A stretch of DNA of 64,000 nt, taken from NCBI GenBank assembly GCA_951406725.2, contig OX597818.1, forward strand, positions 147,312,001 through 147,376,000, read 5' to 3'. The translations under genes and the position numbers were made by a program. This DNA comes from Octopus vulgaris (lineage: Eukaryota). The notes under the pieces are model-generated. The model was not told where the DNA came from and did no database searches. It saw only the letters and a program-made list of their open reading frames with translations. Below are positions 50,740 to 62,965 of the stretch, one piece after another (position 1 is the stretch's first letter; every line of letters begins with the position of its first letter).

Positions 50740-51115
50740 TGTCACCATCTGAGTAACTTTTTAGACATCCTACTCTCAAGCCAGTCCTCAAACATATTAC
50801 AGGTCTTATAAGAGATTCCTTAGATATGCTAAATCACCTGTGTAAAAACTATGATTGTGTCATTCAATGTAGTGAATCTTTATACAAGCATCACTCATGA
50901 CTTTGAAATTGAAGCCATTAAATTCTAGTTGGTTAATTATAAAACTGAACTAAGCAACACATAGAGAAGGAATTAATCATACAAGGACTAAAATTCATTC
51001 CAGAGAATAACTATTTTATGTTTAACAACAACTTTTTTCAACAAAAATTTTGAACTGCAATAGGGATGAAAACAGACCCCTCCTTTGCAAATTTAGTAAT
51101 GGGTTTTCTAATGAT
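50740..51115 (+). mobile_element. Decayed Penelope-like RT fragment
   Basis: HHLSNFLDILL, IVSFNVVNLYTSITHD, ENNYFMFNNNFF, TAIGMKTDPSFANLVMGFL with stops and frameshifts. Confidence 0.75.
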
Positions 51116-51769
51116 TACAGTGTGCCATAAATCACTACAAAAATACAGAAACTCTTTCTTTATATACTAAACCAATTCCCATTTTTGACATCCTACATTT
51201 TGTAATGTAGTGATATCATTACCTTCAATCTCCATATGATCTCTACGTTATCAGAATCAATCTGGGCTTCTTTCTCTCTCTTTCTTATCTGTGTGTGTGC
51301 ATAACGGTTAAGTCTAATATTTTGTTGTGTATGTGTTTGTATGTCAACAGCAGCAATTTTAACACCTTGTATAATGATTAATATGCACTAAGTGAATGAG
51401 TGAAGAAGATATTAATTGTTAGTTGAAATGATCATTTATTTATTATTGTCATCATTACAAAGTAAGTTACAACTACTTCAAGTTGTTGAAATACACAAGA
51501 TTCTGTGGATAGTTTCAACTGTGGGTGACTACCAGAGAGAGAAAGTGTAACAGAGTTTATTATTATTATTATCATCATTATTAAGATGGTGAGCTGGCGG
51601 AATCGTTAGCATGCTGGACGGAGTGCTGAGCTGCAACTGCATTTCACCCATCACTACCTTCTGAATTCAAATTCTTGTTCGGATTAAATGAGTATCTGCG
51701 GAGCATTGGGGTTGATGTGAACTAATTCCCCCTCGGCACATTTTCAGGCCTTGTGCCTAGAGTACAAAT

Positions 51770-53862
51770 TATTATTATTAATAATAATAATAGTAGTAGT
51801 AGTCATAGAAGTAATAGTAAAAATAATAATAATAGTAGTGGTAGTAGTAGTAGTAGTAATAGTAATAGTTATAATAATATTAATGATAATAATAATAATA
51901 GTAGTAGTAAAAGTAATAATAATAATATTAATAATCATAATAATAATAGTAGTAGTAGTTATAGTAATAGAAATATTAATAGTAATAATAGTAGTAGTAG
52001 TATTTGTAGTAGTAGTAGTAATAATAATAATTATGTTAATAATAATAGTAATAGTATTAATCATAATAATATTAATAATAATAGTAGTAGTAGTAATAAT
52101 AATGATAATAGTAGTAGTAGTAGTACCAGTAGTAATAGTCGTAGTTGTAGTAGTGATAGTAATAATAATAGTAGTAGTAGTAGTATAAATAGTAAGAGTA
52201 ATAGTAAGAATGATAATAATAGTTATAGCAGTAGTAGCAGAAGTAGTAATAGTAGTAGTAATAGTAAAAATAATAAAAGTAATGATAATAATAATAATAA
52301 TAGTAGTAGTAATAGTAATGATAATGTTATAATAATAATAGTAGTAGTAGTAGTACTAATAGTAATTGTGATAATAATAATACTAGTAGTAGTATTAATA
52401 GTAATAGTAGTAATAGTAATGGCAATAATAATAGTACTAGTAGTAGTTGTAGTAGAATTGGTAATAGTAATATGAATAAGAATAATGTTAATAATAAAAG
52501 TAGTAGTAGTACTACTAATAATAATAAAACTAATAGTAGTAGTTGTAGCAGTAGTAGAAGTAATAGTAATAATAAAAATAATAATAATGATAATAATAGT
52601 AGTAGTAGTAGTAGTAGTAAAAGTAATAATAATAGTAGTAGTAGTAATAATAATAGTAGTATTAGTAATAGTGATAATAATAATAATAGTCGTAGTAGTA
52701 GTAGTAATTGTAGTAGAAGTAGTTGTAGTAGTAGTAGCAATAATAATATTAATAATAATAATAGTAGTAGTAGTGCTATTACTAATATTATTACTACTAC
52801 TACTGTTATTATTATTATTATTATTATCATTATTAGTATTACTACTACTACTACTACTATTATTTTTATTATTATCATTACTATTACTACTGCTACTACT
52901 ACTACTATTATTATTATCAATATTATTATAATTATTATTATTACTATTAATATTACTACTACTATTATCATTATTATTACTATTACTAATACTACTACTA
53001 CTGTTACTACTACTAATATTATTATTATTACTATTACTACTACTACTACAACTACTACTACTATTATGATTATTATTATTATAATTATTATTACTATCAC
53101 TATTACTATTACTAATACTTGAAAACAGAGGGTTACCCACTTGCAAACAAATGTGGAAACATATAACAATATTGACCAGGGTTACCGTGGTCTTTTTCGT
53201 AGGCTTTTCTTCCCACGGATAAACCTTACTTGCCTTCCCCTTTACACCATATATCATAATACACGATCCTTATTGATGGTTTTTTTTTTCCTCTTCCCCT
53301 TTTTTATCCCTTTTTCTTTTTTCATTTCTCTTTTCTTTTGTTCCTTTTCCTTTTCTTCTTTTTTTTATTTTTATTTATTTTTAATTTTTATTTTATTTAA
53401 AAAAAATTTTTTTGTTCTTTTCTTCCCTTTTACGATCCCTTTTGATCGAAAACCTACGCCACCCCTTTTTTTTTGTTTTTTTGTTTTTTTCATCCCCCAA
53501 AAGAAAAGCTCTACCTTGTAACTTGTCCTATCTGTGTGCAGCTCTGTGTGGCCAATAAAGAAACTTAATACTACTACTACTAATACTACTGCTACTACTA
53601 TTATTATTATAATTATTAATATTTCTCTTAAAATTAATAATAATAATATTAATAATAATAGTAGTAGTAGTAGTAGTAATAATAATATTAATAATAATAA
53701 TAATAATAATAATATTCTTAATAAGAGTAGTAGTAGTACTTGTAGTAGTAGTAGTATAAATAGTAATAGTAATAATAATAATAATAGTAGTAGTAATAAT
53801 AGTAGTAGTAGTAGCAGAAGTAGTAATAGTAGTAGTAGTAGTAATAGTAAACAAAATAATAA

Positions 53863-53893
<31 letters not shown>

Positions 53894-54949
53894 CATAATA
53901 ATAATAATAGTAGTAGTAATAGTAATAGTAAAAATAAGAATAATAATGATAATGATAATAATAATAATCATAGTTGTAGTAGTAGCAGTAGTAGTACTAA
54001 TTGTAATTCAGATAATAATAGTAGTAGTAGTATTAATAGTAATAGATATATTAATAGTAGTAGTAGTAGTAATAGAAATAGTAATAATAGTAATAGAAAT
54101 GGTAATAATAATAATAATAGTAGTAATAATAACAAGAATAATATTAATATTAAAAGTAGTAGTAGAAGTAGTAGTAATATTAATAATAATAATAAAAATA
54201 TTATTATTATTAATAATAATAACGTAGTAGTAGTAGTAGAAGTAATATTAGTAGTAATAGTTGTAGAAGTAGCAGCAGTAGTAGTAGTAATAATAGTAAT
54301 ATTAATGATAATAATAATGAGAATAATAATAGTAGTAGTAGTAATAAAAATATTAATATTAATAATAATAATAATCTTAATAATAAAAATAAAAATAGTA
54401 GTAGTAGTGTTAGTAGTAGTAGCAATAGTAATGATAATAATAATAATACTATTAATAATCGTAGTAGAAGTAGTAGTAGTAATAATAATAATATTAATAA
54501 TAAAAATAATAATAGTAATAATAATGGTAGTAGTAGTAGTTGTAGTACTAGTAGTAGTAGTAGTAATAGTAGCTGTAGTAGTAGTAGTTGTAGTAATAAT
54601 AATAACAATAATTATAATAATAATAGGAGTAGTAGTAGTAGTAATTACTATTACTGTTACTACTACTACTACTTCTACAACTACTACTAATACTACTACT
54701 ACTATTATTATTATAATTATTAATATTATTATTATTCCTATTATTATCATTATTATTAATATTACTATTACTACTACTACTAGTGCTACTACCACTACTA
54801 CTATTGTTATTATTATCATTATAATTATTATCATTAATATTCATATTATTACTATTACTATTAATATTACTACTATTACTACTACTACTGCTACTACTAC
54901 TACTATTCTTATTATTATGAATATTATAATTATGAATATTTCTATTAAT

Positions 54950-54983
<34 letters not shown>

Positions 54984-55136
54984 GTAGTAGTAGTTGCAGT
55001 AGTAGTCGTAGTAGTCGTAGTAGCAGTAGTAGTAGTAGTAGTACAAGAAGCAGCCGTAGTAGGAGTAGTAGTAGTAATATTAGTAGTAGTAGTAGTAAAA
55101 GTAATAGGAATAGTAATAATGATAATAATAATAATA
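51770..55136. repeat. Compound (TAA/TAG)n // (TTA/CTA)n array with strand switches and a unique island at 53120-53565
   Basis: Direct inspection; polarity flips near 52775, 53630, 54640 and 54945. Confidence 0.95.
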
Positions 55137-55536
55137 CTCTTTTACTTGTTTCAGTCATTTGACTGCGGCCATGCTGGACCACCGCCTTCAGTCGAGCAAA
55201 TCGACCCCAGGACTTATTCTTTGTAAGCCAAGTACTTATTCTATCGGTCTCTTTTGCCGAACTGCTAAGTGACGGGGACGTAAATACACCAGCATTGGTT
55301 GTCAGGCAATGCTAGGGAGACAAACACAGACACACAAACATACACACACACATATATATATATACATACATATATACGACGGGCTTCTTTCAGTTTCCGT
55401 CTACCAAATCCACTCACAAGGCTTTGGTTGGCCCGAGGCTATAATAGAAGACACTTGCCCAAGATGCCACGCAGTGGGACTGAACCTGGAACAATATGGT
55501 TGGTAAGCAAGCTACTTACCACACAGCCAATCCTGC

Positions 55537-55540
<4 letters not shown>
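55136..55540 (-). mobile_element. tRNA-derived SINE, full length
   Basis: Reverse complement of the family consensus. Confidence 0.88.
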
Positions 55541-55571
<31 letters not shown>

Positions 55572-55664
55572 TAATCCAAACGAGAAAACAGAAAAAACAA
55601 CAACACAAGGAGGTGGAACAATTAAAGTATTATTATTAGGCGCTCAGGAAAAAGGGAAGAAGGA

Positions 55665-55703
55665 AGGTATGACGTTTCGAGCGGAGCTCTTCGTCGGAAA
55701 CAT
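55665..55703 (-). ncRNA. Minimal hammerhead-ribozyme-like motif in a Penelope-type 3' terminal region
   Basis: Minus strand gttt-CCGACGA-A-GAGC-tcc-GCTC-GAAA-CGTC-atac: core variant (U4 to C), 4-bp stem II, GAAA, GUC triplet, imperfect stem I. Confidence 0.55.
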
Positions 55704-55869
55704 AAGAGAAAGAAAGATCCCGAGGCGGGCGGACGGAGGGAAAAAACGCGACTGGTTTTCACGAGGTAAACATGCTGAAAGGCCGGAAGTCTTAGACGAG
55801 CGGGGACAGGTTTTCAAAGACAGGAGAGCGGAAAAAGACGGTAGGTAACAACTCGATGAATGGGAAGAA

Positions 55870-58070
55870 GAAGGTGTGTATGTGAGTATGTACGTGTGCG
55901 TGTGTGTATGTGTGTGTAAGGCGAAGGCGAGTAGCGGCCGTAACGATGTGCGAGATAAAAAAATGTGTATATATTAGTGCGTGCGTCTGTGTACGTAGGG
56001 CGAAAGGTGGTGGACGTAGCAGTCGCAGGCAGTGGTCAGTGGTAAAAGGGGGAAGGAGGGAATGTGTGCGTGCGTATGTACATCCCGTGTGTGTGTTTAG
56101 TTGTAGTATGTGTGTGTCCGTGTGCGTTTGTTGTATGTATGGCAAGTAAATTTGAAGTGTGTGTAAGTGTATTGTATATATATATGCAAATGTGTGTGTG
56201 GGAGTGAGTGTATGTATGTGTGTGCGTGTGTGTACAAAAGGTAGGGATATTATGTGTGTGTGTATATATATGCATGCAAGGAAACAAACTGCAACTGACG
56301 GAAAGATGGAAAAATTCTTCCGCGGCGGTGACAGGCGTAAGAGAAACCCAGGAACACGCTGGCCCCAGATACGAACACGAGATCTAGTCGGAACCCACGA
56401 GCGTGGTGCATGCATGTATGTGCGCGCGCCTGCGAGTGTGTGTGTGTGGATGTGTGAGTGTGTATGTCTGGGTGTCTGTGTGTCCGATTGAATGTATGTA
56501 AGTATGTGTGTGTATAGGTGTATGTCCGTGTGTATGTGTGTGAGTGTGTATGTATGTGTGTATGTGTGGAAGTGTGTGTATGTGCATGTGTGTGCGCGTG
56601 CATGCGAGTGTGTGTGTGTGTATGTATGTGTGTATATGTGTATGTCTGTGTGTATAGGGTGTGTGTATGGGTGTATGTATGTGTGTGTGTATGTATGTGT
56701 GTGTATGTATGTATGTGTACGTGCGTGTGTGTGTGTGTGTATGCGTACATGCGTGTAGGTGTGTGCGTGTGCATGCATGTGCGTATGTGTGTGTGTGTAA
56801 GTATATATGTATGTGCGTATATGTGTGTGTATGTGCGTACATGTGTGTGTATGCATGTGTGTGTATAGGTGTATGGGTGTGTCTCTGTGTATGTTTGTGT
56901 GTGTGTGTATGTATGTATGGGTGAGGGTATGTAAGTGTGTGTGTGTACGTATGTAATGTATGTATGCGTGTGTATGTAGGTGTGTGGGAGTGTAGGTGTG
57001 TGTGTGCGTGTATATGTTGGTGTGTGTGTGTGTGAGTGTATGGGTGTGTGTCATGCATGTGTGTGCGCGTGCAGGCGAGTGTGTGTGTAAGTATGTGTGT
57101 GTGTATGTATGTGTGACTGTGTATGTGTGTATGTGTGTGCGTATAGGAGTATGTAAGTATGTGTATGGGTGTATGTATGTGTGCATGTGTGTAAGTATAT
57201 GTGTGTGTAAGTATATGTGTGTGTGCGTATATGTGTGTGTGTTTATGTATGTGTGTAGGCGTGTGTGTATGTATGTATGGGTGTGTGTCTGTGTGTGTGT
57301 GTAGGTATGTATGTATGAGTGAAGGTATGACTGTGTGTAGGTGTGTGTATGTATGAATGTATGTCAGTGTGTGTGTGTACGTGTGTAATGTATGTATGTA
57401 GGTGTGTATGTGTGCGTGTATATGTGTGCGTGTGTGTGTGTGTGTGTGTGAGTGTATGGGTGTATGTCTGTGTGTATGTGTGTGTATGTATGTATATGTG
57501 TGTATGTGGGTGTGTGTATGTGTGTGTGTAAGTATGTGTGCGTGTATGTATGTGGGTATGTAGGTGTGCGCACAGGGATGCATGCGTGTGTGTGTATATA
57601 TGTATACATACGCACGCACACACACGAAGCACGCTCACACACACGAAGCACGCTCACACACACAACACACAAACAAAACAACGCACGCATATGGGGCGAC
57701 CACACCGCAGGCCCGTGCCAAGGCGCGCGCGAGCGGACCCCGAACAACCCACTCCACGGGAACCGAAGATCCATCAACCAAAACCAGAAAGCAGAAAGGA
57801 GGGGGGTGCGCCTGGATGCAAATATGTGTATGTGTGTGTGCATTCGTGTAAAGGTGTGCGTGTGTATGTATGTATGTATGTATGTGTGTGTGCATACGTG
57901 TATGTGTGCATGTGTGTGTGTGTATGTAAGTATAGGTGTGTAAAGTATATATGTGCGATGTGTGTGTGTGTGTATGTGTGTATGTATGTGCGTATGTATG
58001 TATGTATGTATGTGTGTATGTGTGTGTGTGTGTGTAAGTGTGTATGTGTATGTGTGTATGTATGTATGTG
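55870..58070. repeat. Degenerate (TG/TA)n satellite tract with small GC-rich islands
   Basis: Direct inspection; resumes at 58760-58970. Confidence 0.95.
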
Positions 58071-58071
58071 T

Positions 58072-58760
58072 GTAGTTAGTTAGTTAGTTAGTTAATTTGG
58101 CTCAAAAGCAAATAGCAAGGCCATGTAGGGGGACATGGAGTTAAGTACAGGGTGGTGTTCATGTAAAGAGTTCAGGCCACTTGAGGTCCAGGGAGGCTTT
58201 GAACAAAGCGGTCGTCGGCATCTTCACCATCTCGTCTGGCAGCTTGTTCCACGGATCCGCAACCCGGACGGAGAAAGCTCCTCTCCTTCGATTGAGATGA
58301 AATCGTCGCAGGTAGAGCTTTTCGGAATGACCCCGCAGCCGACGCTCCGGAGCAGGAGTGAAGAACAGCTCTTTCGAGAGGTTACACTTCCCGCTTATGA
58401 TGTTGTGGGCGAGAATGAGATCACCACGGCGGCGGCGTTTTCAAGAGAATAAAGGTCGAGCGTCCTCAGCCTTTCTTCGTAGGACAAATTTTTGAGACCA
58501 TGAACCATGCGGGTAGCCAGCCTCTGGACTCTTTCGAGGTGCTGTATGTCTTTGAGGAGATAAGGAGAAGAGGCTTGAATCCCATACTCCAATATGGGTC
58601 TCACCAGCGTGACATAGAGTGGCAGGAATATGGCTGCTGTGAGCATTCCGAATGACCGTCGAATCAAAAACAGAATTCCGCGCGCTTTGTTGGCAGCATG
58701 GACGCACTGGGCCGAAGGCGAAAAGGAGGAATCCACCAAGATACCCAGGTCCTTTACCTG
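58072..58760 (-). mobile_element. CR1-clade LINE 3' fragment with (TAAC)n tail
   Basis: KDLGILVD...LYVTLVRPILEY...LERVQRLATRMV...LSYEERL; (tagt)n at 58072-58092. Confidence 0.9.
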
Positions 58761-58989
58761 TGCATGTTGGTTTGTTTGTTAGTGTGTGTATGTATGTCTA
58801 TAAGTATGTGTGAATGTATGTACGTAGATGTGTATACGTATGTGTGTGTGTGTGTGAACGGGCGTGTGTGTGTGCGCGTGGGTATGTGAGGTGTGGAAGT
58901 ATGTGTGCGTGCAAGTGAGTGGGTAGGTTGTGTGTGTGTGGTGAGTTGGAGGTAGGTGTGTGTGGGGGGTGTTTATCCGAAAAAAAAAC

Positions 58990-60860
58990 CTAAGAGGAGG
59001 GGGCTGTGTTAAGTCCGTGTGGGGTAGTGGTTTGTAGGGTGAAGATGTAGCGTTGCTCCAAGTGGAGCCTAGAAAGTGGACGACCATTGTGGGGAGCGAG
59101 ACCAAACACTGAGATGTCATCTAGGGAATGGCTGGCCGAGCGGAAGTGGCGTGCGACGGGAGAAAAAGAGTGTAGGCGAACGTCCCTCAAATGTTCTGTG
59201 AATCGGTCAGACAACCGGCGTCCCGTCTGTCCTACATACAGCATCCCGCATAGGTTGCATTTAATGCAGTATATGAGGCCAGACGAGGTGCACGTAAAAG
59301 CGTGTCTAATACGTACAGTTCGCCGGTTGGAGCCGGTGACAGCAGTGGTGTTGGTGATGAAGGGGCAGGTGTTGCAGCGGGATCTAGAGCAAGGGAATGA
59401 TCCGTGTGGGGCTGAGGGGGAAGGAGAGATGGTGCTGTGGACCAGGAGGTCGCGTAGATTCCGGACTCGTTTGAAGGAGGACAGGGGTGGGTTGGGGAAA
59501 ATGGGGCGGGTTGTGGGATCGAGCTGGAGGCGACGGAAGGCACGTAGTATCTTCCGACGAAGGGGTAGAGTAGAGGGTGGAAAAGGAGGGGGAAGGGGTG
59601 CGGTTGGGGGGGGGTGAGAGGAAGGAGACAGGGCGGTGGTGCGGTCGATGCGACGGGCGCGGGCGAAGGCATTTGAGATGAGTATAGGTGGGTAACCTCG
59701 GAGTCTGAACAGGCGGGCCAGGTATTGAGATTGGGTCTCGAAATCCTGGTCGCGGCTGCACAAACGTCGGAGGCGGAGGAAGTGGGAGTAGGGGATGGCT
59801 CGTTTGGTGTGGAAGGGGTGGGAGGAGGAGAAGTTGAGATAGAGGTGGGAATCCGTGGGTTTAAAGAAGGCGGTGGTGGTGAGAGAATTGGAGGGGTGGT
59901 CGATTCGGAGAGAGATGTCAAGGAACTTGACAGAGGTGTTGGAGATGGTTGAGGTGAATTGTAGAGAGGGGTGAAAGTTGGAAAGGAAAGAGATGAATTG
60001 GCAGAGAAGTTCACGGGAAAGGGAGGTGGCACCTATGCAGTCGTCTATATAGCGACCGTATAGTTCAGAGGTCGGCCCAGAGAATTGGGAGAATACTTGG
60101 ACCTCAATGTAGCAAAGAAAGAGATTAGCGAAATTGGGGCCCATCCTAGTTCCCATCGCGACCCCGGAGATCTGTTGGTACGTTTCCCCGGCGAACGTGA
60201 AACAGTTGAGGGTGAAGACGAGCTCAGCCAGGCGGAGAAGGGTGGGGGTGCCAGAGGTGGGGTCGGGACGACGGTCGAGGAAGTGTTGGAGGGCTAGGAG
60301 ACCGTCATTGTGGGGAATCACTGTGTACAGGGATTTTACATCTAAAGTGAAGAGGAGGAGGGGCTGGAAGGGAAGGAAAAGGAATTGAAGAGACGGAGGG
60401 CGTGGTTGGTGTCGTGTATGTGGGATGGGAGGGCTGCGACTAAGGGGGACAGATTGCGGTCGAGGTAAAGGGAAATGTGTTCAGTGGGGCAATTACAGGC
60501 AGAGACTATGGGACGGCCAGGATTATTGGGTTTATGGATCTTGGGAAGGAAGTAGATGGTGGAGGTGCGGGGTGTGCAGACGATGAGGTTGGTGGCGGTG
60601 GGGGGGAGCAGAAGAGGAGATGAGGTCGCGGATGGTGAAGGACACTCGCTGTTGGTAGGAGGAGGTGGGATCGGAGGGGAGGAGGCGATAGAAGAGGAGA
60701 TTTTGAAGCTGGCTGAGCGCTTCCTCCCTGTATAGATCCGCGCGCCACACCACCACTGCCCCGCCTTTGTCCGCCGGTTTGATGACAATGTCATTGCGGC
60801 GGCGGAGGTGGCGAAGGGCAATGGATTCGGCCCGAGTGAGGTTATCTCGGAGGGGTCGTA
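58990..60860 (-). mobile_element. Penelope-like retroelement ORF (RT + Cys linker + GIY-YIG endonuclease), 5'-truncated, two frameshifts
   Basis: IKPADKG, LPKIHK, GRPIVS, DVKSLYT, GVAMG, RYIDD, KFLD, CSRSRCNTC, LIYCIKC...YVGQTGR...RFTEH; frameshifts near 60605 and 60368. Confidence 0.95.
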
Positions 60861-60863
60861 TGC

Positions 60864-61552
60864 ATAATAATAATAATAATAATAATAATATTAATAGTCG
60901 TAGTAGTAGTAGTAGTAATAGTAGATGACATTGTATCTAGTAGTAATAATAATAATGATAATATTAATAATAAAAATAATAATAATAATAGTAATAGTAA
61001 TTATAATAATTATTGTTTTGTCTTGGTATAAAAGATGGGCTACAGCAAATATTTTGCTCAAGAAGTAGTGGGGGAGCATCATAGCCATGTGTTGAGAGGG
61101 ATTCTTTGGGGTTTGAATAATTCACCTCTGGAAACATGGGTGGTTCTTTCAACATCCTTAAACAAGCCTTATTCAGGGACCTTTTGAGCGGGATGGGTTA
61201 CTCGACCAGAAGAAAATTCTAACTGGGCCTCACCTGCAAGGTCATGTGCTGTTTATCTTGATATGAGATCACCATGTCGCGCACATATGGTTGTGATGCA
61301 TGTGCCTGGTGTACCCTTATCAGACGGGTAGTCATGATGGGTATACTGGACTTCGTATATTTTACCCCAGTGTCACTTTGATGGCATGCACTGCTCTCTC
61401 ACTCAATAATAATAATAGTAGTAGTAGTAGTAGTAGTAGTTGTAGTTGTAGTAGTTGTACTACTACTACTATTAGTATTACTATTACTGTGAATATTTCT
61501 ATTACTAATACTATTACTGTTACTACTACTACTACTACTACTACTACTGCTG

Positions 61553-61600
<48 letters not shown>

Positions 61601-61711
61601 TTATTATCATTATAATTTTTAATATTATTATTATTATCATTATTATTCTTATTATCATTACTATTACTGTTACTACTACTACTACTACAACTACTACAAC
61701 TGCTGCTACTT

Positions 61712-61753
<42 letters not shown>

Positions 61754-61788
61754 TTATTAATATTATAATAATAATAATAATAATTATT

Positions 61789-61822
<34 letters not shown>

Positions 61823-61872
61823 CTATTACTATTACAATTACTAATACTATTACTATTACTACTACTACTACA

Positions 61873-61915
<43 letters not shown>

Positions 61916-62090
61916 TTATTATTATTATTATTATTATTAATATTTCTATTAATATTAATAATAATAATATTAATAATCATAATAATAATAATAACAATAA
62001 TAATAGTAGTAGTAGTAGTAGTAGTACTAGTAGTAGTAGTAGAAGTAGCAGCCGTTGTAGTAGTAGTGGTCATAGTAGTAGTAGTAGTAA

Positions 62091-62131
<41 letters not shown>

Positions 62132-62888
62132 ATAATAATAATAATTATAATAACTATTATAATAATGTTAGTAGTAGTAGTAGTAAAGGTAGTAGTAATA
62201 ATAATAATAATGATAAAGATAATGATAATAATGTTAATAATATTTAAAAAATTAATATTATTATTATTATTAGTAGTAGTAGTACTACTACAACAACTAC
62301 TACTACTATTAATATTATTATTATTATTACTATTATTATTATCATTCTCATTCTCATTCTCATTATCATTATTATTATTATCATTATTACAATTACTATT
62401 ACTACTACTACTATTACTACTACTATTATTATTATTGTTATTATGATTATTAATATTATTATTATTAAAATTAATAGAAATATTAATAATTATAATGATA
62501 ATAATAATAATGATAATAGTGGTAGTAGTAGTAGTAGTAGTAATAGTAATTGTAATTGTAATAGTAATTGTAATAGTAATAATAATAATAATAATAATAA
62601 CGATAATAATAATAATAATTATAATAATAATATTAATAATAGTAGTAGTAGTAGAAGTAGTAGCAGTAGTAGTAGTAGTAGTTGTAGTAGTAGCAGTAGT
62701 ACTAGTAGTAGTAGTAGTAGTAGTAATAGTAATAGTAATGATAATAATAATAATAATAATTATAATAATAATAATAGTAGTAGTAGTAGTAGTTGTAGCA
62801 GTAGCGGTAGTAGTTGTAGTAGTATTAGTAGTAACAGTAATAGTAATTGAAATATTACTAGTAATAGTAGTTGTAGTAGTAGTAGTAG

Positions 62889-62938
<50 letters not shown>

Positions 62939-62965
62939 TTATTGTTACTATTATTATTATTATTT
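60864..62965. repeat. Second compound (TAA/TAG)//(TTA/CTA) array with internal inverted arms
   Basis: Direct inspection; 61800-62020 is approximately the reverse complement of 62400-62600. Confidence 0.95.
61012..61404 (+). mobile_element. ~390-bp complex-sequence island inside the TAA array; probable retroposon 3' portion with (TAA)n tail
   Basis: Non-coding, sharp boundaries, ends ...gcactgctctctcactc-aataataataat; family and strand are inferred. Confidence 0.45.

Noticed and set aside
51744-55182. Long ORFs of poly-N/S, I/V, T/I and L (up to 542 aa); likewise 61300-62997
   Set aside because: Automatic result of trinucleotide arrays, with stops confined to one frame; no domain or splice evidence
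55792-58083. His/Thr- and Cys/Val-rich ORFs (up to 464 aa); similar ones at 6339-6633 and 44028-44383
   Set aside because: Translations of (CA/TG/TA)n dinucleotide repeats
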